Program-made: the position numbers and the translations under genes
From: Candidatus Cryptobacteroides sp.
GTDB taxonomy: Bacteria > Bacteroidota > Bacteroidia > Bacteroidales > UBA932
Direction of reading: 5' to 3'
Length of the DNA: 64,000 nt
Assembly: GCA_051878295.1 (NCBI GenBank)
Contig: JBJEJV010000043.1
Coordinates: 10,022-74,021, forward strand
Shown here: piece after piece, positions 8,922-18,955 of the stretch
Layout: each line of letters starts with the position of its first letter
Position numbering within the stretch: the first letter of the stretch is position 1
Notes under the pieces: model-generated
What the model was told of the DNA's origin: nothing
The model's input: only the letters and a program-made list of their open reading frames with translations
Databases searched by the model: none

Positions 8922-11009
8922 GTGAAGAATCTTCCCAAATATCTCAGTTTCGGCACGCTCGCCCTCCTTGTGGCAATGATGATGGCGGCTACCGTGATTG
9001 AAAAGGCCGAAGGGTCTCCGGCGGCATTTTCCGCCGTCTATCACCACCCGCTGTTCATCCTCCTGTGGTCGGTGGCCGCAATCAGCGGCATCGTCTGGCT
9101 TTGCAGGAGGGGCGTGGTGCGGAAATCCTTCACTTTTTCCCTTCACCTGTCCTTCGTCCTGATTCTGGCCGGAGCTCTGACGACTTTCCTCTGCGGGGAG
9201 AAAGGGAGCATCCATCTGAGGGTCGGCGAGCAGGGCGACAGCATCGTCCTGGAAGGAGGAGGGACGAAATCCCTGCCTTTCAGCCTGAGACTGGATGAAT
9301 ATGCGGTTGAGTGCTACCCGGGGTCCAAAGCGGCTGCCGATTACAGAAGCACAGTGACGGTCCTCCCCGAGGGGACGGAGCACTGCATTTCAATGAACCA
9401 TATTCTCCGCCACAAGGGCTACCGTTTCTACCAGGCGGACTTTGACGAGGACCTCGGAGGCAGCACCCTCGCCGTGAGCCACGACCCCTGGGGCATTGCG
9501 GTCACCTACACGGGCTATGTGCTGCTCCTGCTCTCCATTCTGGGCTTCTTCTTCCAGAAAGGGACGGCCTACCGTGCAGCCCTTGAGCGTCTTGCGCCCG
9601 TGGCCGTCATCCTGGCTGGGCTGACCGTTCCGACAAGCCTGGATGCCAGGAACCTCAGGTGCGAAAGGCCGGAAGTGTTGCCGGAGGAGGTCGCGGAAGC
9701 ATTCGGGGATTTGTACGTCTATTACAATGAACGCGTCTGTCCCCTCTCCACCCTCAACCGCAGCTATTGCCTGAAAGCCTACGGCAAGGCCGGTCCTTTC
9801 GGTTTCACCGCCGACCAGACTGTCAGCGGCTGGCTGTTCTACTATGACTGGTGGCGGGTGGTCCCCTTCAAGGTCAAGGCCAAGGACAGAGGGACGGCCC
9901 GGGAAGATGAACTGGAGTACCTCCAGCGTTCCGCCGCCTCGGGAGATGCCTTCAAGATATTCCCGATAAGGTCTTCCGACGGGACTGTCTCCTGGTACGG
10001 CTGCAACGACCCGCTGCCGGAAGAGGTGACGGACAACTACGACCTGTGGGTGTTCGTGCGGAAAGCCCTCGACCTGGTGGACGAGTCGGTCAGGCAGGAG
10101 GACTGGGATGAGGTGCTGCGCCTGGTCGGGAAGATAAAGGCCTATCAGGAGAAGACGGCGGCAGAGGTCCTGCCTTCCGCACTGAAGGTGAAGGCCGAAA
10201 GACTCTACAACAGCATTTCGAGGCCGATGATTCCATTCATGTCGTCGATAACTATAGGAATCATCCTTTTCATCCTCTGCGGAGCCCTGATGGCCAGGGG
10301 GAAAAGGCTGCCCTCACCCGTTCAGCACGTCACGGCATGCCTGACGGCCCTGCTCTGGTGTTACCTGACACTCGTGCTGGGCCTCCGCTGGTTCGTGTCC
10401 GGGCATGCACCCTTCTCCGGCAGCTACTGCGTGATGATGCTGATGGCCTGGCTGTCCTCGCTGAGTTCGCTGCTCCTGTACAGGAAATTCCCCCTGATAC
10501 TTCCGACCGGGCTCCTGCTGGCCGGGTTTACTATGCTGATGGCTTCCCTGGCCAGCGCCAGTCCGCAGATCACCCGGCTGATGCCGGTGCTCCAGAGCCC
10601 GCTGCTCAGCATACACGTGCTGAGTATGATGCTTTCCTACACTCTACTCGGATTGGTGGCCCTGTGCGGCATTCTCGGCCTGTGCATGCCGACCCAGGAC
10701 CAGGCCGCGAAATTGAAGGACCTTTCGACGACGGTGCTATGCCCCGCAGTCTTCCTGCTCGCTTTCGGGACCTTTCTCGGGGCCGTCTGGGCCAACATTT
10801 CGTGGGGCAGTTACTGGGGCTGGGACCCAAAGGAGACCTGGGCGCTGGTCACCCTGCTCGTATATTCATTCGCCCTGCACGGCGGCAGCCTGGAAATATT
10901 CCGCCGGCCGAAGTTCTTCCACGCCTACTGCATCATCGCCTTCCTTTCGGTTCTTGTCACCTACTTCGGTGTGAACCTCATTTTGGGAGGGATGCACTCT
11001 TATGCCTGA
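8922..11009 (+). CDS. ccsA: Fused cytochrome c biogenesis protein CcsBA (System II, ResB+ResC)
   Basis: GTG start; HLSFVLILAG, YRFYQA, HDPWG, HVLSMMLSY, tryptophan-rich WANISWGSYWGWDPKETW, terminal GMHSYA. Confidence 0.92.
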   Translation: MKNLPKYLSFGTLALLVAMMMAATVIEKAEGSPAAFSAVYHHPLFILLWSVAAISGIVWLCRRGVVRKSFTFSLHLSFVLILAGALTTFLCGEKGSIHLRVGEQGDSIVLEGGGTKSLPFSLRLDEYAVECYPGSKAAADYRSTVTVLPEGTEHCISMNHILRHKGYRFYQADFDEDLGGSTLAVSHDPWGIAVTYTGYVLLLLSILGFFFQKGTAYRAALERLAPVAVILAGLTVPTSLDARNLRCERPEVLPEEVAEAFGDLYVYYNERVCPLSTLNRSYCLKAYGKAGPFGFTADQTVSGWLFYYDWWRVVPFKVKAKDRGTAREDELEYLQRSAASGDAFKIFPIRSSDGTVSWYGCNDPLPEEVTDNYDLWVFVRKALDLVDESVRQEDWDEVLRLVGKIKAYQEKTAAEVLPSALKVKAERLYNSISRPMIPFMSSITIGIILFILCGALMARGKRLPSPVQHVTACLTALLWCYLTLVLGLRWFVSGHAPFSGSYCVMMLMAWLSSLSSLLLYRKFPLILPTGLLLAGFTMLMASLASASPQITRLMPVLQSPLLSIHVLSMMLSYTLLGLVALCGILGLCMPTQDQAAKLKDLSTTVLCPAVFLLAFGTFLGAVWANISWGSYWGWDPKETWALVTLLVYSFALHGGSLEIFRRPKFFHAYCIIAFLSVLVTYFGVNLILGGMHSYA

Positions 11010-11030
11010 GCAAGGCGGGAGGGAAAGGGG

Positions 11031-12017
11031 CTACTGCCCCTGTTTCTTGAATATGGCGTAGCTCCGCAGATAATTCTTAAGAGGGATGGCCGGCGAGCCC
11101 ATCAGGACCTGTCCCTCGGTCTTTATGCTGCTGATGACTCCCGACTGGGCGGCGATGGTGGTGTTGTCCGGGATGGTGATATGTCCGACGATTCCGACCT
11201 GGCCGGCTATGACGCAGTTCTTGCCGATTTTCGCCGAGCCGGCGATTCCGGTCATCGCGGCCATCACCGTGTTGTCGCCGATGACCACATTGTGGGCAAT
11301 CTGGCAGAGGTTGTCGATTTTGACCCCGTTCCCGATGATGGTGGATTCCATCTCGGACTTGTCGATGGTGGTGCCGGCGCCGATTTCGACGTTGTCGCCG
11401 ATGATGACGTTGCCGATGTGCTCGATTTTCTCCCAGGTCCCGTCAGGAAGAGGGGCGTTGCCGAAGCCGTCGGAGCCGATGACCGCATTGGCGTGGATGA
11501 TCACGTTGTTGCCGATGACCATTCCGGGATAGATTACCACACCCGGATAGATTATGCAGTGGTCGCCGATTACGGTGTTGTCCCCGACATAGACATTTTC
11601 GTAGATTTTGGTATAGTTGCCGATTCTGGCGTGGTGGCCGACATAGGAATGGCTGCCCAGATAGACCTTCTTGCCGAATTTGGAAGTCAGGAACCAGGAT
11701 GAGCGGAATCCCCTGTGCCTGCGGTCAGTCCGTTTCTGGACGGTGACATATTTCAGAAGGTCCGCCAAAGCCTTGTAGGCGTCGTCCACCCTTATCAGGG
11801 TTGAAGCGACCGGCTGCTTGGGCTGGAAATCCTTGTTGACCAGGAGAATGCTCGCCTTGCAGGTGTACACGTACTCTTCGTACTTGGGGTTGGCGAAAAA
11901 ACATAGTTGTTCGGGTTTGCCGTGCTCGATCTTGGCAAAAGAAGTAACTTTGGCTTGTGAATCTCCCTCCACTGTTCCTTTCAGTATCTGAGCCAATTGT
12001 TTAGCAGTAAATTCCAT
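11031..12017 (-). CDS. lpxD: UDP-3-O-(3-hydroxyacyl)glucosamine N-acyltransferase
   Basis: [49 protein letters not shown]; start at ATG 12017. Confidence 0.97.
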   Translation of the reverse strand: MEFTAKQLAQILKGTVEGDSQAKVTSFAKIEHGKPEQLCFFANPKYEEYVYTCKASILLVNKDFQPKQPVASTLIRVDDAYKALADLLKYVTVQKRTDRRHRGFRSSWFLTSKFGKKVYLGSHSYVGHHARIGNYTKIYENVYVGDNTVIGDHCIIYPGVVIYPGMVIGNNVIIHANAVIGSDGFGNAPLPDGTWEKIEHIGNVIIGDNVEIGAGTTIDKSEMESTIIGNGVKIDNLCQIAHNVVIGDNTVMAAMTGIAGSAKIGKNCVIAGQVGIVGHITIPDNTTIAAQSGVISSIKTEGQVLMGSPAIPLKNYLRSYAIFKKQGQ

Positions 12018-12180
12018 CTTGATTGTCTGTCTGGCTATGTTATTTGTCTGATGCGGAAAAATCCGGGGCACCGGTATTCCAAATGCCGGTTTCCCTGAAA
12101 ACTTGCACGGGATACGTGCAAATATTCAGCCATCGCTTCGCAAAGAAAACAATAAATTTTCATTTACGCCAAAGTTTGCT

Positions 12181-12188
12181 TATATTTG
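12181..12188 (+). promoter_or_regulatory. -7 promoter element for rimP-nusA-infB
   Basis: TATATTTG followed by CAGC. Confidence 0.7.
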
Positions 12189-12200
12189 CAGCGTTGTGAG

Positions 12201-12235
12201 AGATAGGTGACGGTCGCGTCTCCTATCTTTTTTTT
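12201..12235 (+). terminator. Intrinsic terminator-like hairpin in the rimP-nusA leader (attenuator)
   Basis: AGATAGG-T-GACG/gtcg/CGTC-T-CCTATCT ending in a T8 run (12228-12235), between promoter and rimP ATG. Confidence 0.65.
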
Positions 12236-12249
12236 AAGGACAAACGGAA

Positions 12250-12717
12250 ATGGACAGAGAAAAGGCACTTGGGGCAATCGCTCCGATACTCTCCGAATCA
12301 GGTTGTTTCCTGGTCGGGATGGTCATCACCAAGGACAACGACATCACCATCACCATCGAGAAGGAGCACGGTGAGGTTGACCTCGATGACTGCGTCAGAA
12401 TCAACGACGTGTTCGTCCAGACCTTTGACAGGGATGTCGAGGATTATTCCCTGACCGTGACTTCGGCGGGGCTCGACCAGCCTTTCAAGGTGGAGGGACA
12501 GTACCTCAAGGCCATCGGCTCGGCAGTGGATGTCCTGTTCAAGGGCGGCAGGAAACTCACGGGAATCCTGACCGCAGCCGACGGGAACGGGATAAGCCTC
12601 AGATACTCACAGAAGGAAAAATCCGAAGGGAGCAAGAGGAAGGTCACCGTGGAGCACGAGGACAGTTTCCCTTTCACGGAGATAAACGCCGTGATGCCGC
12701 ACGTGGAATTCAAGTAG
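12250..12717 (+). CDS. rimP: Ribosome maturation factor RimP
   Basis: VDLDDC, DYSLTVTSAGLDQPFK; first gene of the nusA-infB operon. Confidence 0.93.
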   Translation: MDREKALGAIAPILSESGCFLVGMVITKDNDITITIEKEHGEVDLDDCVRINDVFVQTFDRDVEDYSLTVTSAGLDQPFKVEGQYLKAIGSAVDVLFKGGRKLTGILTAADGNGISLRYSQKEKSEGSKRKVTVEHEDSFPFTEINAVMPHVEFK

Positions 12718-12760
12718 CGGCCGTCCGACAGAAGGAAAACAAACAATAACAGAAACATAC

Positions 12761-14026
12761 ATGGAAAAGAAAGAAGAAATCACTCTGATTGATGCCTTCA
12801 AGGATTTCAAGGAAGAAAAGAACATCGACAGGCCTGTAATGATGGGTGTCCTCAAGGACGTGTTCCTCACCCAGATTACCAAGACTTTCGGCTCCGCAGA
12901 CAATTTCGACGTGATTATCAATGTCGACAAGGGAGACTGCGAGATTTACCAGAACTTCGACATCGTCGAGGAAGTCGAGAACCCGAACACCCAGATCACT
13001 CTCGACCAGATCTTTGCCGAGACCGGCGAAGACGACTACGAAATCGGGGATGTCTATACCAAGAAGCTGTCCCTGGCTTCCTTCGGCCGCAGGGGAATCC
13101 TGAACATCAGGCAGAACCTCCAGGGAAGAATTATGGACATCGACAAGGCCAACATATTCAAGGCATATTCAGACAGGGTCGGTGAAATATTCACGGGCGA
13201 AATCTACCAGACCTGGTCGAAGGAGGTCATCATCCTCGACGAGGACAGCAACGAACTGCACCTCCCGAAGTCCGAGCAGATTCCGGGAGAGCGTTTCAAG
13301 AAGGGCGACACCATCCGCGCCATCATCAAGAGCGTGGAGATGAAGAACAACACCACTCCGTTCATTACCCTTTCCAGGACCACCAACGAATTCCTGGAGA
13401 AGCTCTTCGAACTTGAGGTTCCGGAAATCTACGACGGGCTCATCACCATCAAGAAGGTCGTCCGCGTACCGGGCGAGCGCGCCAAGGTGGCCGTCGAATC
13501 CTACGACGAGAGAATCGACCCTATCGGAGCCTGCATCGGCGTGAAGGGTTCGAGAATCATCGGCATCGTCCGCGAGCTCCGCAACGAGAACATCGACGTC
13601 CTCCAGTGGACCAACAACACCCAGCTGCTCATCCAGAGGGCTCTCAACCCTGCAAGGGTCTCTTCAATCGACCTCGGATCTTCCGACACGGACAAGATCA
13701 AAGTCTTTATGCAGCCTGAGGAGGTCAAGAAGGGCATCGGCCGCGGCGGTTGCAACATCAAGCTTGCAGGAATGCTGGTAGGCAGGGAAATCGAGGTCTG
13801 GAGGGAGCTTCCTGAAAATGAAGGTTCCGAGGAGGAAGACGTCCTGCTCAGCGAGTTCTCCAACGAGATTGACGACTGGGTAATCGACCGTCTCGAAGCC
13901 ATCGGTTGCGACACCGCCAAGAGTGTCCTGGCCTTCACTCCGGAGGACATCGCCAAGAGAGCCGATCTCGAGGACGAGACCGTAGCCGAGGTGTTCCGCA
14001 TCCTCAAAGCAGAATTTGAAGACTAA
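12761..14026 (+). CDS. nusA: Transcription termination/antitermination factor NusA
   Basis: S1/KH domains, [35 protein letters not shown]. Confidence 0.98.
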   Translation: MEKKEEITLIDAFKDFKEEKNIDRPVMMGVLKDVFLTQITKTFGSADNFDVIINVDKGDCEIYQNFDIVEEVENPNTQITLDQIFAETGEDDYEIGDVYTKKLSLASFGRRGILNIRQNLQGRIMDIDKANIFKAYSDRVGEIFTGEIYQTWSKEVIILDEDSNELHLPKSEQIPGERFKKGDTIRAIIKSVEMKNNTTPFITLSRTTNEFLEKLFELEVPEIYDGLITIKKVVRVPGERAKVAVESYDERIDPIGACIGVKGSRIIGIVRELRNENIDVLQWTNNTQLLIQRALNPARVSSIDLGSSDTDKIKVFMQPEEVKKGIGRGGCNIKLAGMLVGREIEVWRELPENEGSEEEDVLLSEFSNEIDDWVIDRLEAIGCDTAKSVLAFTPEDIAKRADLEDETVAEVFRILKAEFED

Positions 14027-14052
14027 ACGAATATAATAAGAAAGGGGTTGAT

Positions 14053-16956
14053 ATGGCAGAAATCAGACTGAACAAACTAATCAGAAAATACAACATCGGG
14101 CTTCAGAACCTTGTGGATTTCCTCAAGAGCAAAGGAGCCGACATAGAGGAGAATCCGAATGCGAAGATCGGCGAGGAATACCTCCCCGCCATCGAGAAGC
14201 AGTTCGGCAAGGATCTCGAGATGAAGGAAGCGTCGGAGAAAATCGACATCAAGCTCACCGAGATCCTCGAAAAGACATCCCGCAAACAGAAGGAAGAGGC
14301 CGAAGAGGAATATGACGAACTCGACAGGGAGACTGTCATCAAGTCATCCATCTTCACTCCGGCCCTCCAGGAAAAACCTGCCCAGCAGGAAGCTCCTGCC
14401 CGGAAGACCGCCGAGGCGGAAGAGACTCCGGAAACGGCTCCTGCAGCCGTGAGCCAGGAACAGCAGGTCCCTGAGAAGGAGACGCCTGCGGAAGAGCCTG
14501 CAACGGGGAAAGCCCCTGAATATTCAGATACGACAGAATCGGAAGAAAAGGATACAACGGAGGAACAGGCAGCTCCGACCCCGGCTGCCGTCGAGTCCGT
14601 TCCTGAAAAGGAAGAAGAGCCGCACACCGCCATCGCTTCGGACGAGGCCGATTCAGAAGAATCCGACAGTCAGGAGACCCGGGATGAGGATGCCGCCGGA
14701 GAAGACGGGACAGGCTCCGACCGGGAAGAGAGCGCAGGAAATGCCGAAGGAGAAGCCGATGCCGCAGATGACGGCAACGGCCTGAAGATTCTCGGCAAGA
14801 TTGACCTCTCCCAGTTCGACCGCAAGCACGGCAAGAAGAGGGAAAGGATTTCCAAGAGCTCCCAGAAGGTGGATGTCGCCAAGGAAGGAAAGAATGCCGA
14901 CAACAGCAGTTCCCGCAATGAAAAGCGCGAGGCCGGCAAGGCCGGAGGAAACGGCAAGGCTGTCCAGGAGCAGGGCAAGGGCGGTAAGAAGCGCCAGCGC
15001 GGTTCCGAGAAGTTCAAGCCTGTGATGTCCGAAGAGGAGCAGGAGGCGATGAAGAAGGAAATCCAGAAGCAGGTCAAGGAGACCTACGCCCGGATGAACG
15101 ACAACAAGAAGAGCAACTTCGGTGCCAAATACAGAAAGGAGAGAAGGGAACTTGCAGCCGCCAGGACCCAGGAGGAGATGGAGAATCTGATGGCCGAGAA
15201 ACAGGTCCTCAAGGTTACTGAATTCGTGACCGTGAACGACCTGGCGACCCTTATGGACAACACTCCTGTCAACGAAGTCATCAAGGCCTGCATGGATCTC
15301 GGGCTTATGGTCTCCATCAACCAGAGGCTGGATGCCGAGGCGCTGGTCCTCGTCGCCGAGCAGTTCGGCTACAAGGTCGAATTTGTGACCGCCGAACTGA
15401 CCGAAGAACTCAACACCCAGGAAGACAAGGAAGAGGATCTCGTTCCGCGTCCTCCGGTCATCACCGTGATGGGCCACGTTGACCACGGCAAGACTTCCCT
15501 TCTTGACTACATCCGCAAATCCAATGTCATCGCCGGAGAGGCGGGCGGTATCACCCAGCACATCGGAGCCTACAATGTCAAGCTCCCTGACGGAAGAAGA
15601 ATCACCTTCCTCGACACTCCGGGCCACGAAGCATTCACTGCAATGCGTGCCCGAGGCGCCCAGCTAACGGACCTTGCGATCATCATCATCGCCGCAGACG
15701 ACGCAGTGATGCCGCAGACTGTAGAGGCAATCAACCACGCGCAGGCCGCCGGTGTCCCGATGGTCTTTGCAATCAACAAGATTGACAAACCGGGAGCGAT
15801 GCCTGAGAAGATCTACCAGCAGCTCTCGCAGATGAACATCCTCACCGAGGCCTGGGGAGGAAAATACCAGAGCCAGGAGATTTCAGCCAAGAAGGGCATG
15901 AACGTGGACAAGCTCCTCGACAAGGTCCTCCTCGAGACCGACCTCCTCGAACTCAAGGCCAATCCGGACAAGAACGCTGTCGGAGCCGTGATCGAGTCCT
16001 CTCTTGACAAGGGCCGCGGCTATCTCGCCACCGTCCTGGTCCAGGAAGGCACCCTCAGGGTCGGGGATATGGTGCTGAGCGGCAGCTACTACGGCCGTAT
16101 CAGGGCTATGTTCAACGAGCGCGGAATGAAGGTCAAGGAAGCCGGCCCTTCCACTCCGGTTTCGATTCTCGGCCTTAACGGCGCGCCGAGCGCAGGCGAG
16201 AAATTCAATGTGATGTCCGACGAGAAGGAGGCCAAGGCCATCGCCAACAAGCGCGAGCAGCTCATCAGGATCCAGGGTATCAAGACCCAGAAGCACATGA
16301 CCCTCGACGAAATCGGACGCCGAATCGCCATCGGCAACTTCAAGGAACTCAATGTCATCGTCAAGGGTGACGTGGACGGTTCCGTGGAAGCCCTCGCCGA
16401 CTCCCTCATCAAGCTCTCCACCGAACAGGTCAGGGTAAACGTCATCCACAAGGCTGTCGGAGGAATCTCCGAATCCGATGTCATCCTGGCCGAGGCTTCG
16501 GATGCAGTCATCATCGGTTTCCAGGTACGTCCTTCTACCGATGCCAGGAAGAGCGCAGAAGAGCAGGGAATTGAAATCCGCCTCTATTCAGTCATCTACG
16601 ATGCAATCAATGATGTCAAGGACGGTATCGAAGGTATGCTCGAGCCTATCAAGAAGGAAGAGATCACAGGTACTGCCGAAGTCAAGCAGACCTTCAAGAT
16701 TTCCAAGGTGGGCACCATCGCCGGCTGTCTCATCAGGGAAGGAAAGATCTCGAAGAGTTCGCACTGCCGCCTGATCCGCGACGGAATCGTCATCTACACC
16801 GGAGACCTGTCATCTCTGAAGAGAGGCAAGGACGATGTCAAGGAGGTTTCTGCCGGAATGGAATGCGGTATGGGCATCGAGAAGTTCAACGACATCAAGG
16901 AAGGCGACGTAATCGAAGCCTTCGTAGTGACCGAAATCAAACAGAAACTCGAATAG
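14053..16956 (+). CDS. infB: Translation initiation factor IF-2
   Basis: [44 protein letters not shown]; long acidic N-terminal linker. Confidence 0.99.
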   Translation: MAEIRLNKLIRKYNIGLQNLVDFLKSKGADIEENPNAKIGEEYLPAIEKQFGKDLEMKEASEKIDIKLTEILEKTSRKQKEEAEEEYDELDRETVIKSSIFTPALQEKPAQQEAPARKTAEAEETPETAPAAVSQEQQVPEKETPAEEPATGKAPEYSDTTESEEKDTTEEQAAPTPAAVESVPEKEEEPHTAIASDEADSEESDSQETRDEDAAGEDGTGSDREESAGNAEGEADAADDGNGLKILGKIDLSQFDRKHGKKRERISKSSQKVDVAKEGKNADNSSSRNEKREAGKAGGNGKAVQEQGKGGKKRQRGSEKFKPVMSEEEQEAMKKEIQKQVKETYARMNDNKKSNFGAKYRKERRELAAARTQEEMENLMAEKQVLKVTEFVTVNDLATLMDNTPVNEVIKACMDLGLMVSINQRLDAEALVLVAEQFGYKVEFVTAELTEELNTQEDKEEDLVPRPPVITVMGHVDHGKTSLLDYIRKSNVIAGEAGGITQHIGAYNVKLPDGRRITFLDTPGHEAFTAMRARGAQLTDLAIIIIAADDAVMPQTVEAINHAQAAGVPMVFAINKIDKPGAMPEKIYQQLSQMNILTEAWGGKYQSQEISAKKGMNVDKLLDKVLLETDLLELKANPDKNAVGAVIESSLDKGRGYLATVLVQEGTLRVGDMVLSGSYYGRIRAMFNERGMKVKEAGPSTPVSILGLNGAPSAGEKFNVMSDEKEAKAIANKREQLIRIQGIKTQKHMTLDEIGRRIAIGNFKELNVIVKGDVDGSVEALADSLIKLSTEQVRVNVIHKAVGGISESDVILAEASDAVIIGFQVRPSTDARKSAEEQGIEIRLYSVIYDAINDVKDGIEGMLEPIKKEEITGTAEVKQTFKISKVGTIAGCLIREGKISKSSHCRLIRDGIVIYTGDLSSLKRGKDDVKEVSAGMECGMGIEKFNDIKEGDVIEAFVVTEIKQKLE

Positions 16957-16971
16957 AAGACCCCCTGAAGG

Positions 16972-18195
16972 TCAGAGCAACAGAAGGATGGCTGAGATGT
17001 TGAGGATGAATCCCTCGAATTGAAGCCGTCCTTTTGTGCTGTAGTCTAGCATCTCCTCGGCCGGGTCGGCTCCGGAACGGGAGAGGAAATAGTCCCCGTC
17101 CGGAAGGGCTCTTGAACTGAACTTCCTGATCAGCTGGCCGTCCGAGAAACAGGTGGCGCCTCCGTTGGCGCGGTTGAGGGAAAGGAGGACCTTGCGGTCG
17201 GCATAATAGGTGCAAGGCTCGATTTTCTCCCTGGCCTCCGGAATGATTGAAGACAAGCCGGACATAGCCTCCCGGGTGGAATTGACGAGCAGCAGAGGAG
17301 TGAATCCCGCCGTCTTCGCCCCGTGGAGGGATTCGGCTATCTCGACCCAGTCTTCGCCCTTTATCCCGGACGGGTCATAGACCGAAATCACGAGCACATT
17401 GCCCTCGACTGCAAGAGCGTCCTTGCTGACCCCGAGAGAATCGTGGAAAGGCAGGGCCGGAGTGGCGTCCGACACCTCGGAACGGTTGAAATGCATAGTC
17501 TCGGTACGCACGAAATGCCAGGTGGAATCCGGCAGATTGTCCAGAGTGAATACACCCTGCTGCCCGTTCTTCTCGTAAACGAAGACGGATGAATATTCCT
17601 CCTGGGCATCGTGTTCGCCCGAAGAAGCGAGCAGTTCGCAGCCCGGAGCGAAGGCGGTGAAGTCAACCATAGGAATGCCTACCCAGGAATATATCAGGAG
17701 AGCGACCAGCAGCGCGGCGGCGATGCCGAAGGATATGTCCTTGCGGACCTTGTTGGTGCCAAGATTCCTGTAAGGATAGAAGGCGAAGAGGGAGAGAGCC
17801 ATCAGCAGGACATTCTTCAGGAAGGACTGGAGATGGGTCAGATGGATGACCTCCCCGAAGCAGCCGCAGTCGATGTCCGGATTGAAAATCGCGAGGACAA
17901 GGGTGAGAAGGGTGTAGAAAGCGAGCATCACGGTGGTGATGAAGGCCACGGGGACCCTCGTGATTCCGCTGATGAGCGCGGCACCTACCAGGGATTCGAA
18001 AAAGGCAAGGGCAACGGCTACAGGCTTTGCGGCCGGCAGAAGAAAGTTCAGGTGCGCAAGTTTGAAATATTCTTCAAGCATAAGACCTGCCCCGACCGGG
18101 TCGAATATTTTGAATATCCCCGCCAGGAGAAACACAAGGCCGACAATGATGGCGCACAGCCTCTGCAATTTGCCGAAAGTTCTGCCTATTTCCAT
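16972..18195 (-). CDS. DoxX/MauE-type membrane protein (BT_3928-like)
   Basis: VFLLAGIFKIFDPVG, DCGCFGE, SFLKN, followed by a periplasmic domain; ATG at 18195 just after the tmk stop. Confidence 0.8.
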   Translation of the reverse strand: MEIGRTFGKLQRLCAIIVGLVFLLAGIFKIFDPVGAGLMLEEYFKLAHLNFLLPAAKPVAVALAFFESLVGAALISGITRVPVAFITTVMLAFYTLLTLVLAIFNPDIDCGCFGEVIHLTHLQSFLKNVLLMALSLFAFYPYRNLGTNKVRKDISFGIAAALLVALLIYSWVGIPMVDFTAFAPGCELLASSGEHDAQEEYSSVFVYEKNGQQGVFTLDNLPDSTWHFVRTETMHFNRSEVSDATPALPFHDSLGVSKDALAVEGNVLVISVYDPSGIKGEDWVEIAESLHGAKTAGFTPLLLVNSTREAMSGLSSIIPEAREKIEPCTYYADRKVLLSLNRANGGATCFSDGQLIRKFSSRALPDGDYFLSRSGADPAEEMLDYSTKGRLQFEGFILNISAILLLL

Positions 18196-18197
18196 AA

Positions 18198-18878
18198 TCA
18201 ATGTAAATGTTCGTCAACAACCGATCTGATTTTTCCGGAAATGACATCCGGAGGGAGCATCCGTCCATCGGCATCGGAGCAGTCAACCCTGATGAAAGTG
18301 GGATCCAGCTCCGTCTGCTTCAGATAGATGGACCTGACGCATTTCTGGAAACTGATGTCGGCTTCGTGGATGTCCCGGCCTCCCATCAGGTACTCCCTGT
18401 CGTTGCCGTTCCTCGAAGACTCCAGCCTGTCCTCGACAAAGGAAATCGGCACGTCGAGGAATATGTTGAGGTCCGGCTTCGGAAGACCGAAGCAGCCGTA
18501 TTCGGTGCGGAGAATCCATTCCCGCAGCGCCTCCCTTTCCTGCTCAGGGCCGAGCTTCGCGCACTGGTAGGCGATGTTGGAATAGACATAGCGGTCCAGA
18601 AGCACCGTGCCCCCCTCTTCAAGAGTCCTTTTCATGGAAGGTGCCGCCCCGTGACGGTCCTCCGCGAACAGCAGCGCCACAAGCTGCGGATGCACAGCCT
18701 CGTTCGAGCCGAATTCTCCACGGAGAAAACGGCTGATGAGGTCGCCGTACACCGGAGCATCGTACCTCGGGAAGTGAATATATTCCAGACGGGCGCTGAC
18801 AGTTTCGAGATATTCTTTAAGCCGTCTGACTTGAGTGGACTTGCCGGCTCCGTCCAGGCCTTCCAATACAACTAACAT
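18198..18878 (-). CDS. tmk: Thymidylate kinase
   Basis: VLEGLDGAGKSTQ P-loop, LDRYVYSNIAYQ, PKPDLNIFLD. Confidence 0.95.
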   Translation of the reverse strand: MLVVLEGLDGAGKSTQVRRLKEYLETVSARLEYIHFPRYDAPVYGDLISRFLRGEFGSNEAVHPQLVALLFAEDRHGAAPSMKRTLEEGGTVLLDRYVYSNIAYQCAKLGPEQEREALREWILRTEYGCFGLPKPDLNIFLDVPISFVEDRLESSRNGNDREYLMGGRDIHEADISFQKCVRSIYLKQTELDPTFIRVDCSDADGRMLPPDVISGKIRSVVDEHLH

Positions 18879-18920
18879 CGGTTTTGTGGTTTGCTTTGGA
18901 TTCTGAATGTTCCTGAATCG

Positions 18921-18928
18921 CAAATATA
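18921..18928 (-). promoter_or_regulatory. -7 promoter element for tmk
   Basis: TATATTTG on minus strand, divergent from folP promoter. Confidence 0.6.
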
Positions 18929-18941
18929 TTCATTTTTTTCA

Positions 18942-18949
18942 TAATTTTG
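18942..18949 (+). promoter_or_regulatory. -7 promoter element for folP
   Basis: TAATTTTG, only 6 nt before the ATG. Confidence 0.6.
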
Positions 18950-18955
18950 CAGAAT

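Noticed and set aside
3400-11030. Iron module as an active mobile element
   Set aside because: No integrase, transposase, relaxase, terminal inverted repeats or target-site duplication visible; codon usage resembles the host
11690-11760. Odd LpxD linker ([19 protein letters not shown]) as a compensated frameshift
   Set aside because: Frame stays open and hexapeptide repeats resume in register; more simply a divergent linker
14653-16514. Long antisense or overlapping ORFs (also 3587-4480, 20005-21423, 27523-28743, 44598-45743, 58388-59149 and many others)
   Set aside because: They are shadows of well-supported genes produced by GC-rich codon bias, with no family motifs
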